Origin: Camelus dromedarius
Lineage: Eukaryota
Direction of reading: 5' to 3'
Length of the DNA: 64,000 bases
Assembly: GCF_036321535.1 (NCBI RefSeq)
Contig: NC_087436.1
Span: 26,476,001 to 26,540,000 of the forward strand
Part shown: positions 11,559 through 25,125 of the stretch, piece by piece
How the letters are laid out: every line of letters starts with the position of its first letter
How positions within the stretch are numbered: position 1 is the stretch's first letter
Position numbers and translations under genes: made by a program
Notes under the pieces: generated by a model
Databases searched by the model: none
The model's input: the letters and a program-made list of their open reading frames with translations, nothing else
What the model was told of the DNA's origin: nothing

Positions 11559-14532
11559 GGTGGGATCAACATGGTGGAGGAGGGAGACTCTGAGCTCACT
11601 TCCTTGCAGGGACACGTCAAAACTACAACTCCTTATAGAACAACCCTCACTGAGAATGACCTGAAGACTAGCAGAATGGCTGTTCTCCAACCAAAGCTAT
11701 GAAGAAAAAGCTACAAGGAATCTGGTAGAGGAGAAGGAGTAGCAATCTAGTCCAGACCCACATCCCTAGCAGGCAATCCAGAAGAAGAGGGGGATATCTC
11801 TGACTTCCCTGAGAAGCAAGGGATTTGAGCAGCGTATCAGGCACACCAGCCCTGGGGTCCAACACTGGGAAGGTGAGCCCTCTTTGCTGGCTTGAAAACC
11901 AGTGGGGCTTACCAGAGGGCTGTAAGAAACCGAGATGCTGCTCTTGAAGAGCATACACACAAACTTGTTTGCTCCCAGTCCCAGAAAAGAGACATCAGAC
12001 TAGAAACTGCCTGGTGCTCTGGTCAGCCTTCCAGGACCACCCTAGCATGGCTTACAACCCTCACCAAGCTCCTGCTCCAGCTCCTTCTGCCCCGGCATTA
12101 CTGCCTACTAAGGCAGAGACTGCCATTGCAATTGTGCAAGCTCACACACCAGAGGAAAAAGTGGAACCGATACAGAGGTGCAGCTCCAAATCCTCAGGCC
12201 AAAATCCCGCCCTAACGAAGGCAGAGACCAACATTGCCATCGCACATGCACTGCACTGGGGAAAAGTAAAGTCAGCTCAGAAGTGCTACTCCAGCTCCTT
12301 GAGCCCTGGCCTGGCCCCCAACCAAGGCAGAGATTTCCATTGAGCTTGGGAAAAGCTTCAGCTCACACTTGGCTTTGCTTCTCTCTCCTCTGACTCCAGC
12401 TCTACCTCCCACCAAGGGGGCAGCTGCCAGCACACTCAGGGAGAAGACATGGGCAGTGCATCAGATCCAGCTCTCCCACCAAAGCCACTGGGCACACACA
12501 GTCGATGTTTCCACATAAGGGCATGCCTTCAAGAGTGGGATTGGTAACTGATTCACCTAATTTCATGGAGACAAACAGAGAAAGCCGAACAGAATAAGAA
12601 GACAGAGGAATTTGTTTCAAATGAAAGAACAAGATAAAAACCTTTGAAGAAACCTTAATGAAGTGAAGATAAATCATTTACTTGCTAAAGAGTTCAAAGA
12701 AACAGTAATAGAAATGCTAACTGAACTAAGGAATAAAATAGAGGAACACAGTTAGAACTTGAACAAAGAGCTAGAAAATATAAAAAAGAACCAGTTGGAA
12801 CTGAAGAATATGATAATGGAAATGAAAAATATACTAGAAGGAATTAACATCAGGTTAAATGATCAGAAGAATGTACACATGACCTGGAAGATAGAATAGT
12901 GGAAATTACCCAGTCAGAACAGCAAAAAAGAAAAAACAAACAAACAAAAAAACAAAGTGAGGATAGTTGAAGAGCTCTCTAGTACAACATCAAGCATACC
13001 AACATTTATAATATAGGGGTCACAGAAGGAGAAGAGAGAGAGAAATGGACAGAAAATGTGTTTGATGAAATTCTGCCATAATCTGAAGAAGGAAAGATAT
13101 CTGAGTGCAGGAAGCACAGAATTCCAAGCAAGATGAACCCAAAGAGGTCAACACCAAGACATATAATTACAATGGTAAAATTTAATGAGATAATTTTAAA
13201 GGCAGATAGAGAAAAACAATGAGTCTTGTAAGGGACTACCCGTAAGGCTATCACCTGATTTTTCAGCAGAAACTTTGCAGGCCTGAAGGGAATGGCATGG
13301 TATATTTGAAGTGCCAAAGAGAAAACAACCTACAACCTAAAATACTTTATCTAGCAAGATTTATCCAGATTGAAAGAGATAAGGAGTTTCCTGGACAAGC
13401 AAAAACTAAAAGTTCATTACCAATAAATTGACCTTATAAAAATGTAAAGAATTTTCTTTAAGTGAAAAAGAAAAGCTATAGCAAGAAATAAGAAAATATA
13501 TGCAGGGAAAAATCACACTGGTAAAGGCAAATGATATTTCGTATAAGAGGTTAATATCCAAAATATGTAACAAACTCATACAATTCAATGTCTAAAAATC
13601 AAATAACCAGATTAATAAATGGGCAAAGGATCTGAATAGGCATTTTGCTGAAGAAAACATACGCATGGCCAACAGGCACATGAAAAGATGCTCAACATTA
13701 CTAATTATCAGGAAAATGCAAATCAAAACCACAAAGAAATACTACCCTACACCTATCAGAATGGCTGTTGTCGAAAGATAAGACAAGAGTTGATGAAGAT
13801 ATGGAGAAAGGGAACCCTAATACACTGTTGATGGGAAAGTAAATTGGTACAGTGATTATGGGAAACAGTATGGGGGTTCCTATGATCCAGCAATTCCATT
13901 CCTAGATATATATCAAAAAAAAAAAAAAAAAAAAGAAAGAAAACATTAATTCAAAAAGATATGTGCACTCTGGTGTTCATAACAGCATTATTTACAATAG
14001 CCAAGATATAGAAGCAACCTAAGTGTCCATCAAGAGATACATAGATCAAGAAGATGTGGTTTACATATGCAAAGAAATACTGCTCAGCCATAAAAGAGAA
14101 TGAAATTTTGCCATTCATGACAACATAAATGGACCTGGAGGGTATTATGCTTAGTGAAATAATTCAGACAAAGACAAATACTGTATGTGTTCACTTATAT
14201 TTGGAATCTAAAAATTAAAATCAAGAAATAAAAAACAAAACAGAAATAGACTCACTGAAACATAGTACAAACTAGTGGCTATCAGAGGGGAGATGGGTAG
14301 AGAGAAGGGCAAGATAGGTGAGAGAGATCAAGAGGTAAAAACTACTAGGTATAATATAAATATGTTACGAGAGTATAATGTACAAAACTAGGAATATGGC
14401 CAGCATTTTTTTAAAAACTTTATATGGAGTATAATCTATAAAAATATCAAATCACTATGTTGTATGTGTGATGCAAATATATTATTGGAATTCAACCATG
14501 CTTCCATTTTAAAAATTATAAAAAAAAAAAAT
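11559..14532 (+). mobile_element. LINE-1 with 5'UTR, ORF1, ORF2 C-terminus and 3'UTR; most of ORF2 deleted
   Basis: 11-bp TSD AAGAAACTTTA at 11538-11548 and 14533-14543; 5' motif GGGATCAACATGGTGG; decayed ORF1 about 12594-13461 (RRQRNLFQMKEQDK..., ADFSAETLQA-like); jump to the ORF2 3' region at about 13530; poly-A at about 14511-14531. Confidence 0.95.
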
Positions 14533-14944
14533 AAGAAACTTTACCTGTTTTTGCTTTTTTGTGTAATTGTACAAAATTTAATTTTAATTTTGTTTATATT
14601 TTAACTTTTGATTATGCATTGGCTTTCTTCCTCCCTTTGTATTTTTTCGTAGGTATTTGGAAAACTGATAGTAAGTGGTTCACACTGTTGTTAAAAAGAA
14701 AAAAATATATATACTTCTGTATCATTGTGAAGATTGTTGATTTTCCTATACCACCTCAATTTCCTTGCATCACATCTGGTAACATCTGTCCCATTTTCCT
14801 TCAGTCTGAGGCTTATTTCTCTCTTATTTTCTTTTTCCCGGTTTCCTCTACCTAGCCTTTCTGGCATTAGAAACATAGAGTTTTTTATTTAGTTGTTACT
14901 GTTTCTGTGTGTTGTTGTTACTGTTGTTGGTATGACACCTGATT

Positions 14945-15400
14945 CTATCAGATAAGATTAAATTTGGCTGTGAGTAAATAGAAATGATGATTTTAAACCA
15001 GTAAATGATTTTATTATTCACACATATGAGCAAGCTAAAAGTATTCAGACTGGGCCTGAAGTAGCAGCACTAAATTATCATTGAACTTGTGGACTTTCTC
15101 TGTCTCTCCACTGAGACTTTGGAGCATATGGCTTTGACCTTATGCTTAGTGTTTCATGGTAACATGGTCATTTCACTTATGGCATCAAATCTAAATCTTA
15201 AGACGATATAAGGCAAAATAAACAAAAGTTTATAACACATGAGTCTCTTTGTTTATAGAGCTTTATAGGTAAATTGTACTTATATCTAATTGGCTCAAAC
15301 TTGTTCAAATGTCCACTCCTAACTGCAATAGAATCAGAAAAATACAATTTCTTAAATGAGCTTATCGACACCTGAAACAGAATCTGGTTTCTGTTAAGAA
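14945..15400 (-). mobile_element. Old MaLR LTR (MLT1J/K-like)
   Basis: tcagataagattaaatttggctgtgagt ... aattggctcaaacttgttcaaatgtccactcctaactgcaa ... aatctggtttctgtt. Confidence 0.6.
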
Positions 15401-16463
15401 AGAAAAGAAAAATGGATATAGCATGGGCCACAGAGGGGCAGTTTTTAGTAATTTGGATCTTTTAAAAGTATGACCGTGCTTGAAGTTCCTTAAATAACTC
15501 CCTCAAATGAACGAATTTTGTTCTGTTTCTTTCAGTTATTCTAAGATTAATTAGGGTCATAATTGGAATAAAACTCTGTAAATATGTTCACCTGGGTTGG
15601 TTAAAAAAAAATGAAAGAAAAAGCAATATAAATCTCTACATGTGTAGGTTTTCATCATGAAACAATTCTTTAAAAAAAGGTCAAGATATCTAATGTACAG
15701 TGGTCACAATATAATCTCCACCAACCTCTCACAAGAAACAGATGTTTCCTTAAATTTTAACCATGATCAGAGACTGAAAAGCATTTTAATTTAACACAAT
15801 AAAGAAAGTCACATAGGCCTAAAATTAAAGGCCAAAAATACAAAGCCAAAAAAATTATAAAAAGTAATAAAAAATCTCTTGCTGAGAATTATTATTGCTC
15901 AAAACCCAAATTAAATAATGAAATAGCCAGTATTAAAATTAATTTAGTAATATCTGACACAGAGATACTTCAGTTTTTTTCTTTTTTTTAACACTTTGAA
16001 AACAGGGATCCAAATTTTCCAGTTTTGTGAATGTTCCTTTACTCTGTGCCAATAGAAGAAATTTACATAGGCCAGCCCTAAAGGTAGTGTAACCATTCTT
16101 TAGAACAACCATTAAAACAAAGATGTAAAAGTATCAACATAAAAACCAAACCGCATATTCATAGCCAATATTTTTGAAATGTAAATTATGTCTTTGGAAT
16201 CATTAGCAAAAGTTATTTTAGGCGCTCTTTACGTTTTCAAAAATCTCTTCAAGGACCTTCTGCTTTGATAAACATCATTTCTGAGTAAACATCACTATCT
16301 TGGGAATTGTGGGCACCTTTTATTGATGAAAAAAATTTTCTTTCCACATAAACAGCAAATATATATTTGCCAATTATCTTTCTGTTTCCTTTGCTACATT
16401 CTCATGTCATCTCCTATGTGTCCAAGAAAGTAAAGAACTATGTAGAAGATTTTTTTTTTTTTT

Positions 16464-16850
16464 TTAAAAGACAGCAGGCCCAAAATGGAGTCATCTGTGC
16501 TAAGGCCATGTCAAGAAATTGAGGCTTATTACCTAACCTAATCACATTTAGCCTCTCCCAGGAATGTCTTCTCACTCAGTTTGGAATTTCCTGGCCAACA
16601 TTAGCAAGGAAATCTGCTTGATAGCCCCCCATCATCCCCTTAAAGGAAGGTGACCTTGCCTGAAACAGTTCACTCTTTGCTAGAATAACCTCCTTGACTT
16701 GCCTCCTTTTGCCTATATAAGTCTACCATTTTGTGCAGCAAATTGGAGCTCCATCCTGTTTGCTAGATGGGATGCTTCCTGATGCATGAATCATTAAATA
16801 AAGCCAATTACATCTTTACATCTACTCAGTTGATTTTTTTTTTTTTTGTA
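16464..16850 (+). mobile_element. ERV1-class solo LTR
   Basis: ggcccaaaatggagtca start, TATA-like cctatataag at about 16713, AATAAA at about 16798 followed by gccaatt...actcagttga. Termini are blurred by poly-T tracts. Confidence 0.7.
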
Positions 16851-17033
16851 AGGTAAGACACCTCTTAGTTTCTGGATTAATTTGCTTCATATTTTTGGAA
16901 AAATGGCATGTAATGGTTCAAAGTTGTGTCCTGCCAGAAGTTCCCTTTTGCAGTCATTTTGGGATTCAAGTTCATTCTATCTCTATAGGTCCATTCTTCC
17001 ATTATCCCTTAGTGCTTTGGAGTGATTTGAATT

Positions 17034-17126
17034 GGAAGGAAGGAAGGAAGGAAGGAAGGAAGGAAAGAAGGAAGGAAGGAAGGAAGGAGGGAAGGAAGGG
17101 AGGAAGGGAGGAAGGGAGGAAGGAAG
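17034..17126. repeat. (GGAA)n/(GGGA) purine microsatellite
   Basis: Directly visible. Confidence 0.98.
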
Positions 17127-19849
17127 AGCATAGAGGATGCACCACTGCTAGTTAAAATAAGCTAACTAAGGAGTGATATAGATTGTTTTGCTCCCATATT
17201 GTAATGTGACATAGAATGGGAGAATAGATTGGAGATTAAGTATGTGCCCAAGGAGTCTCTGGAGAAGAAGCGTTGCTTGTTATGAGTATCAAATGATCAT
17301 GAAGTGGCCTGAGGTGGCCAAGAGCAACAGTCAATTTTTGGATTCACAGTATCTGCCTTCTCAATCTTGAAGGCTCCACTCATTTAAAAAAAGTATGTAT
17401 TTTTTAAAGTAAATAAACAAACAAATAAATGAGAGGATAGCATAATATGAATTTTATCAGTGTTGTGGTCATAGAAATAATCTTCTTTTCTAATTTAAGC
17501 ATGAATTTGGAGGGATTAGAGTTCTTGTGATTTTATAACAAAACTGAGCAGCACAGAATATCAAGTCTAGGTCCCATAATAGATCTGACTAATATCTTCA
17601 GTATTTGCAAAACTGACTAAAAAAGTGATATTTTCATACACATGAAAACTATATAGTACATAATTTCTTATATTATTTTTAAGGTATTTTTTACCAAATT
17701 AGATTTTTAGCTTGGATTAAAATAAAACTGGCTTTGGTAAACCATTCTGTTTTTATGTTTTTCATAGGTTGTTCTTAAAAGTTGTCTTACATAGTCACTT
17801 TCTGTTGATCTTCCCTTAAAGACAATTAAGGTAGTAGAATTGAGACCTTTTCAGGATTCCAAGAGCCTTGAGTGAGATCAGTATTGAGGAAGGAGTTGGT
17901 TCCCAGTTTTGTAGTGTTGAATTGAGGGAAATCAGAAAGGCAACATCGAAGGCTGAAAATCCAAAAACAAAAAGATAATTTGAAAACAGTATCTGTCCAA
18001 ATGAGCCAGGCCAAAGGGAAAAGCCCAGGTATGATAAGCTTCCATCTCCAAGATGAAAGAATCTGATTTAGAAGAGAAATTAGCTAAATTTCATGAAATA
18101 CTGGAATATAAAGTGAGATATGATTCTATAAGTAAATTGAGGTCTCCCCTATGAGAGAAATGATGCAGTTGTGAGTCATAGGCCAGCTTGGGGAATTATT
18201 GAATTATATGTAGAAAATATTTCTGAAGCTTATGACAACTACTATTTGACTAAAAAGCAAAATTTATCAATAAGTGTTTCCTCTTAACTGAGTAAAGAAA
18301 ACCACAGCATTACTTCTAAAATTAGTTCAAGATAGAAGTCAAGATGACAGATTGCTCCTATGATAATCCACAAAATTTGGATATTAACTTAAAATTTTGA
18401 TAAACACAAATTTTTAACAACTTAAGTAGTGTCCCATTTCACTAGGGAAAATTCAAGAACTTATGAAGTTGAGGAAATGGCTAAACTATTCCAACAAAAT
18501 GGAATAAATAACTGAGAAACAATGTTTACAATAAATTAATTCTTCAGTAAATTGGAGTATGATTGTAACTAATAAATTATCCTTTTTTCATTAGATTTTT
18601 ATTACCATCAAATACCCTGATAATAAAATTTTATTTATTCATGCTTTTCCTATTTCATTAATGAAAATGTTAACTATTAAAGAGAAAATATGAGATAAAA
18701 TAAAATAGGAATAAAAAAATCAAGACTAGAGGAAAGTGAACCACATTTATGTTCCTGACAAAGGCTATCTTGATACATTTTCACTGAGGCTTAAAATTCT
18801 CTCAACTGAGCAGCAAGTCTTTAGGGACTAATAATCTCTTCCCTATTTCAAAGTATTTGTAATAAGGAGACATAACTATTCTCTAGGGAGAGGAAGAAGC
18901 TTTTCTCAAAACTATGCTTTAAAATAAATATATCCTTGGTTAAATGATGTTTACTATAAAGTGTGCAGTGTCCTCAAAACTTGTATAGTAAAATAAGAAA
19001 CTATAAGAAAGAACCAGAATTTATCAAAATATTATTGTGGGGGCTATAGGATGTTAAGGTGGGTGGAAGGTGTATGACAAATTGAAGAAGGACTACCTTT
19101 CCTAGGTTTTTCATTAATGAATGGCTTCATGAAATTAAATCATTATTATAATTGTCTAAATAACAATAGCAATAAAATTGTGTGAATTGCTATTACTAAA
19201 TATAAACATTATAAATTACTACGTTTTACAATCCTGTTTTACCACTTTTTAAGGGTTATGGGCCATAATCTCTACCTAGACTTGATAGGGCTTTAGATTC
19301 AAATATGCCAAGTAATTTTGCTCTGTTCTAGGTGTACAAATTGTTTTATTTGGTTCAAAGTAGATCAAGAAAGAATTCAACTTAATAAATGTTAATGAGT
19401 AACTATTGCAAAAAAAAAATCACTTAAAGTATTTGACCTTCTTATGATGAGTCAAAATAATGTCATATTCAAATATCCATGTAGTCTATTATGTAAGTAC
19501 AAAGCATACAAAATTCTAAAGGTCTCAGGAGTCTATGGAAGTAAATCTACCTTACTGATTTCCAGTATTCAAGGACTAACATTAGGCAAAACATTTAAAA
19601 TTCTTAAGTGATATTATGCATGTTTATTTGTAACTCTGATTTCCTTTTTCTGTCAGTGAAATAGCTTTGTAAGTACATCATAATTTACAAAGCCAATGGA
19701 CTCTTTTTCAATATATCTTAAACCCATGGTAGTATTTTAAATGTTCAACGGTATTGTTATTCCAACACATTTTTCTTTATATTTGTCTTAAATGACAATT
19801 CTATCTCCTAAGTATCTTTATTTCACTTAGATTACTTTTTGTATATCAT

Positions 19850-20160
19850 TGCTTGCCTTTTTTTTTTCTGCCTGTCCCCAATACAGATACATTCCAAATT
19901 TCTGTTCTGGGTCTTTTTCCTTCCATCTCCACAGTTAATTCTATCTTTTCTATATATACAGAGCTCTTACTATAAAGTATAAAAACCATTTCATTGCCTG
20001 CAAGTTCCTCAAAGACCTGCAACCTGCCTTCCACTCTGGTCTCCCTGCTACCATAGTCCTATTCTGCCTTCTCTTTGAAAGTATCAAGATCATTCCTATT
20101 ATAGAAGCTCTGAATTAGTTTCCTCTGCCTGGTCTTCTTTACCCCAAGAACTTACCAGAA
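19850..20160 (+). mobile_element. LINE-2 fragment
   Basis: ctggtctccctgct, tttcctctgcctgg motifs. Confidence 0.5.
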
Positions 20161-20199
20161 CCACAGTGCTTTTATTGTCAAAGTTCTTTAATAATTGAA

Positions 20200-20620
20200 T
20201 GTGTGATATGATGAGTCCCTATCATTACTCTTCTTTTCCAAAGGATCTGGGTTAATGCCAATGTTTATTTAACATATGGGCTATAGAATCACCTTTCTAC
20301 TTCCAAACGATAACAATAAGAACAAGTTATATCAATTATTTTTATTAGGTTCACATAAATGTTATAAAATAATATATTAATCTAGGAAGAAATGCAGTCT
20401 TTACAAAGTTAACAAGTCTTTCCATTGGTTCAGGTTGTCTGGAATGTGTGTGTCTTCCTCAATGGCATTTTAACTTTTTCTCTATGTAGATTGCATGTAT
20501 TTCTAAAGGTAGTTTCTAGGTTATTTATATTTTCTTGCTGCTGCTGATTGTAATTTTTGCTATATAGTATAATTTTACTGACTGTATAAAAAATACTTCT
20601 TGTTTACAGGAAATTTTTTA
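20200..20620 (-). mobile_element. Ancient L1 fragment
   Basis: Antisense ORF2-like stretch (cattactcttcttttcc..., attaatctaggaagaaatgcagtctttacaa). Approximate boundaries. Confidence 0.5.
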
Positions 20621-20734
20621 AATATTTTGCTTCTCCCTAAAATAACACCCTTACCAATGGTAAGAATTGGTCTAACTTATTTTGGTATTCTCTTCCATGG
20701 TGTTATTTTGCTTCCTATAATACTTCAATGCCTC

Positions 20735-20900
20735 AGCTTCTTTAATTCTCACACTCTCTGAGATAGGCAATAGTACTATCCATTATTCATAGATGAAATG
20801 AGGAAACAAGAGTAGAGAAAGAATGCACACATTTTCAAGGCTACATAGCTAGCACATAGAGTACACAGGGTTCTAACTTGGTCAGTCAGACTCCAGAAAC
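20735..20900 (-). mobile_element. MIR SINE
   Basis: actctctgagataggc...tcatagatgaaatgaggaaac...caaggctacatagctag...cagactccaga. Confidence 0.65.
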
Positions 20901-21915
20901 AACTCTGCAGCTCTAGGTAGTATTTTATATGTATTTCTGTTTTTTCAAGTAGCTGCCTCCCATATACTGTGAAGGTGATGAGTTGCCTTAAGTATATGGG
21001 CAGAGCATTTCAATGAGTTGTTTCTTTTATGGTCTGTCTAGTACAAAATCAGCAATGAGCATTTAGAGTAGGAGAAATCCACAATCAAAATATGAAGGAC
21101 TTTCCTTAAAATCATGTCCCCTATTCTAGTAGCTTAAGTTCTTTTCAGAAAATAAATTTAATCTCCTTTGAGGTAATGAAAAATAATATTTTAACCTGGG
21201 GGTAAATTGCGGGGAGTCCTTGGAGATGGGGTAGAATGAATTAAGGAAGAAAGTATGAAGCCAAGTGCAAAGGTTCTGTGTACAGAGTTACAACTACTTC
21301 CACCTCTACTTGTGTTTTTATCATTTCTTGTTCAAACTTCATCAAATGAATGGATTTTGAACTGGACACCTTTGAAAAGGTTACATGTAGTGTATCTTTT
21401 CTTATTGATATTGAACTATGTTGTATACTTTTTCATTGTTTTGCCTGTTCATGGTTAAAATCTACTTTTTCATATTCTTATATTCAAGATTTTATATCAG
21501 ATATTTTAATCCTATTTACATGATGAGAAATTTTTTTCTATAGTTACACTTTCATTGTGGCTCGGCTGCTTCATTTACATGAGTATTTGAAATAACTTTG
21601 TGTTTGTGATTGATTTTTCTCCTTTTATTTTTCCTCCATCAGATATTAATATTTCCACACTGTATTTGATTTGTTGTTGGTTATATTGTTTAGCTCTTTC
21701 CATTCACATGTTACCTGATACCTTTAATCATTTTCAGTCATTTAGATGTGTGAGTCCTGTTAATTATATTCTTTTGCTTTGGCTTTATGAGTTTGAGATC
21801 ATTCTTCTGCAAATCAAAGAGCTTAACCTTTACACTTACAGTAATATGCAGATTTAATTTTAGTCGTAATTTTTTCCTTCTGTTATTCTCTTGTAAAAAA
21901 TTTCCTTGTTTTTCT

Positions 21916-22020
21916 TATGTTAATATAAGAAAATGTTAATATAATAAGAATATGTTAATATAAGAAATAATAAGAATATGTTAATATAAGAAATAATAAG
22001 AATATGTTAATATAAGAAAA
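21916..22020. repeat. AT-rich minisatellite, 26-bp unit AATATGTTAATATAAGAAATAATAAG
   Basis: Two perfect units plus partial units on both sides. Confidence 0.9.
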
Positions 22021-22499
22021 ACACTAATGGGGTGTTTTTGCACTTGTCATTTGTAATATGAAGCATTCTATTTTTTTTTTAATTTATATTGATTTGGACA
22101 TAATAAAAAAAACTAATAATGCTTAGTTTGTTTAACAAAAGTCATGTGAATAAAATACATTTAAGATCAATATTTCTCTAAAGTATCAAGACAGGGTTGT
22201 CTTCTCTTAATGAAAATATGATATTTAAGACACCTAATTACTGTTTATTTCTTTTTTGGTCATTAAAGTTAGAATTCTTTTTTTCCTGTGGTTACATTAT
22301 TAGTAGTAAATGAATTTACATTTCCTGTTATTAATTACATTTTATTTTAAACTTTTTGAGTAGATGGAATACTTATTTTGTTAGTTTCAGTGCTCACTTT
22401 GCATTCTCGTATGGTTTTCCAGCCCTCCAGTTCATGCTTGGCTGTAATATGTAGTATATGATAGTAAGCTAAATGAAATACATAATACATAAATATCAG

Positions 22500-23600
22500 C
22501 ATATATATCTAAGTAACCTTTCCTACTACATGTCCTACTTTAAATGGTCTACAGCCACCTCAATCACGGCAAATCCTTAATGGAATTCCAGGACTAATCC
22601 ACAAATCTGCTTCCTTTTTTATTCACTCTGTCTCTGTTAATAGTGCTCAGTATGCCTGCTGGCCCCAACTTGATAACTCTGAGCTCCATTCTCACTATTC
22701 CTGTAGATTGGCCATAAATTCTATTGATTCTATCTGTAAAATATCTCTGAATTCTATCCTTTTGTATACCCACTCTCAGTTCTTTGTACAAAGACTTCAT
22801 TTTCTCACTCCTTAACTATTTGTTAGTTACCTGATACTCCCAATCATGTCTTCTGATTTTCCTTCCTCAGATGTTTCAAGTATTGGCAGAAGCTCTTTAT
22901 GATATACAGGTGGATTATATAAAATCCTCTGCATTTCTTCAGTTATTCTCTGTCACTTCCATGAAGAAAATCCAGTCCTGTAGAATGGCATAGATGTTCT
23001 TTGTGGCCAAATATGTGCTTACTTTTATTTACAGTCTCAGGGGTTGCCGTCCCTGCATAGCTCCTGCCTGCAACATGCATTCTCTGTTCTAGCCACATTC
23101 CATAGTGCCGTTCCACACTTTTATGCTTTTCTATATATTTTTACTTAGGATGGTGGAATCTGAATTGTCCTTAAAGACTGAAGACCCTGGATTTAATTCC
23201 CAATTCTTTAACATATAACATAATAACATCTATCTTTCAGTCTTATTATTGTTGTAGATGAAAGTGCAGTTAAATATCACCAAGTGCATTTATTAACTCA
23301 TAATAGTGTCTTTTGATCTGAATTCATCTCCTCCCTTTTTTACATGATAAACATTGCCTATTAAGTAAAGAAATGCCTTTCTTTACCTCCTACCCCTTTG
23401 GCACAGTCATTCCATACCGCGTGCTTCCATATCCCTTGGGCATATCATATAGCATCTATTTCTCAGAATTATGATTATGTGATTAAGCATTTGTCTCTCT
23501 CCCTAGGTTGTGACTTCTCCAAATAAAATTTTGGTTTTCCACTTGCTTCCTTTCTTTATCATGTAGTTTAATACTTGGCAATAGAAAAAGGGCACTCAAC
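22500..23600 (+). mobile_element. LINE-2 3' fragment (possibly with a MIR insert at about 23150-23280)
   Basis: Sense L2 motifs: aaatatctctgaattctatcc, aaaatccagtcctgtagaatggcat, ttgtctctctccctaggttgtgacttc, cactcaacaaattt. Confidence 0.65.
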
Positions 23601-24314
23601 AAATTTTTTTTCCTGGAAAAAATCACATGTGAAGAAAATAAGTATATATTTTTATGTTTGTTACCTAATCTTCAAATTATTGGCTAATTGAGATCACTGT
23701 TAGTAGTGTTTACTTACATATGTAAGTGGTGTTTTCTTGCTGACATTTGATAAATCATTTATTAACAATTAATTTAGAAATACAGAAACAGTATTGAATA
23801 ATTATTTTGGCCTTATTCACCTCTCAAAAGTTAATTACCTAATTTGCATGACCTTTGTGTGTTTTTGTATTTGATTTCATAGTCAATTCAACAAACTCCT
23901 GGTGAGTGGCTACTATGTGTAGGTAATGTGGTTATTTAATTAAAATTAATTTTTAGCTTACATTAACTCTGTCTTCAATATGATGGCAGCAAAAAAGGAA
24001 GTCCTTGGATCATGTTATGCACAGGTTCAGTCCAAAAAATGTTTAGTAGACACCCACGATCTGGCTGTAAATATGCCAAGTGATGGACATAAAATAGTTG
24101 AATGTAACTTTATTTTTGCTGTGGTAGAAATTACAGTGTTTTATGAAGGCTGTTTTTTTCACTTATTTAAGTATTATTTAAAATATTCAATTGTAGTACA
24201 TGCCATGTTGTTTATGTCATATAATTTTTAATGTTAAACTAAAATTCATTTGAAATTACTTTATAATATACAGAAGCAGTTCATAAATTATTTCAAAAGA
24301 ATAGGAAAATAAGA

Positions 24315-24580
24315 ATAATAACTAGAGTTTATTTAGCACTTACCATGTGCTAACTACTTTGCTCTGCAGTTTGGCATATCATCACATTTAAGTCTTAAAA
24401 CAACCCTTATGAGATAGATGCTACTACTAGCCACTCTCCTCATTCTCATGGCGAGAATACTTGGGCTTAAGTAAGTTTGGTAACTTGTCCAGTATTTTAA
24501 AGAAGTATTGGGAGAATACGGATTCAAACACATTCTGTGTGACCACAGAGCCTGAATAGCTATTTTCACCACATTGAGCA
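24315..24580 (-). mobile_element. MIR SINE
   Basis: tttatttagcacttaccatgtgc...aacaacccttatgagatagatgctact...gtaacttgtcc...ggattcaaacac...cagagcc. Confidence 0.8.
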
Positions 24581-24598
24581 CCCTCAATAAAAACATCT

Positions 24599-25125
24599 TG
24601 CATTAATTATTTGTTACAGAATAATGCTGGCAACAACCATAAAACCTTAGTGGCAAACAACAGTCAACATTTATTTTTGCTTACCAATCTGTGGATCAGC
24701 TGACTGGTTCTGTTGATCTGAATTGATCTCCTCAGGGCTTCCTCGGGCAGCTGCAGTTAGCTGCCAGTCAGCTGCCAGTGTCACATTCACATGTCTCAGG
24801 CCTCAGCTGTAACTGGCCTAGATCAGCTTTATCTGTGAGTGGCACTCACGAAGGAATGCGCACAAGCATATCCTAGTGGGGAAAGCAGAAAACAAAGAAG
24901 GCGAGTGGACACATACAATGCTTCTTGTGGCCTAGGCTTGGATCTGGCACACCATCACTTCCACCATATCACATGGGCAAAAGCAAGTGTCAAGTCCAGC
25001 TGAGATGCTAAGGGTAGTGAAGTGAACTCTGCCACCTTCTAGGAAGAACTTCTAAGTCACATTGTGTGGGGCCTGAGCACAGAGAAGGGTGAAGAATTGA
25101 AGTTATTTATGTAATCAGCTACCAC
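24599..25125 (-). mobile_element. MaLR (MLT1-type) 3' LTR
   Basis: TG...CA termini; typical antisense MLT1 start (aaaccttagtggc...aacatttattt) and end (gaagaattg...gtaatcagctaccaca). Immediately followed by GTCCACCCC, the reverse complement of a polypurine tract. Confidence 0.8.

Noticed and set aside
11560..12560. GC-richer blocks (also 42900-43950) as gene promoters or CpG islands
   Set aside because: Both are L1 5'UTRs with most CpGs decayed.
16895..17155. ORF with KEGR repeats
   Set aside because: It is the translation of a GGAA microsatellite.
21916..22020. CRISPR-like array
   Set aside because: The units are directly adjacent with no unique spacers, there are no cas genes, and the context is eukaryotic.
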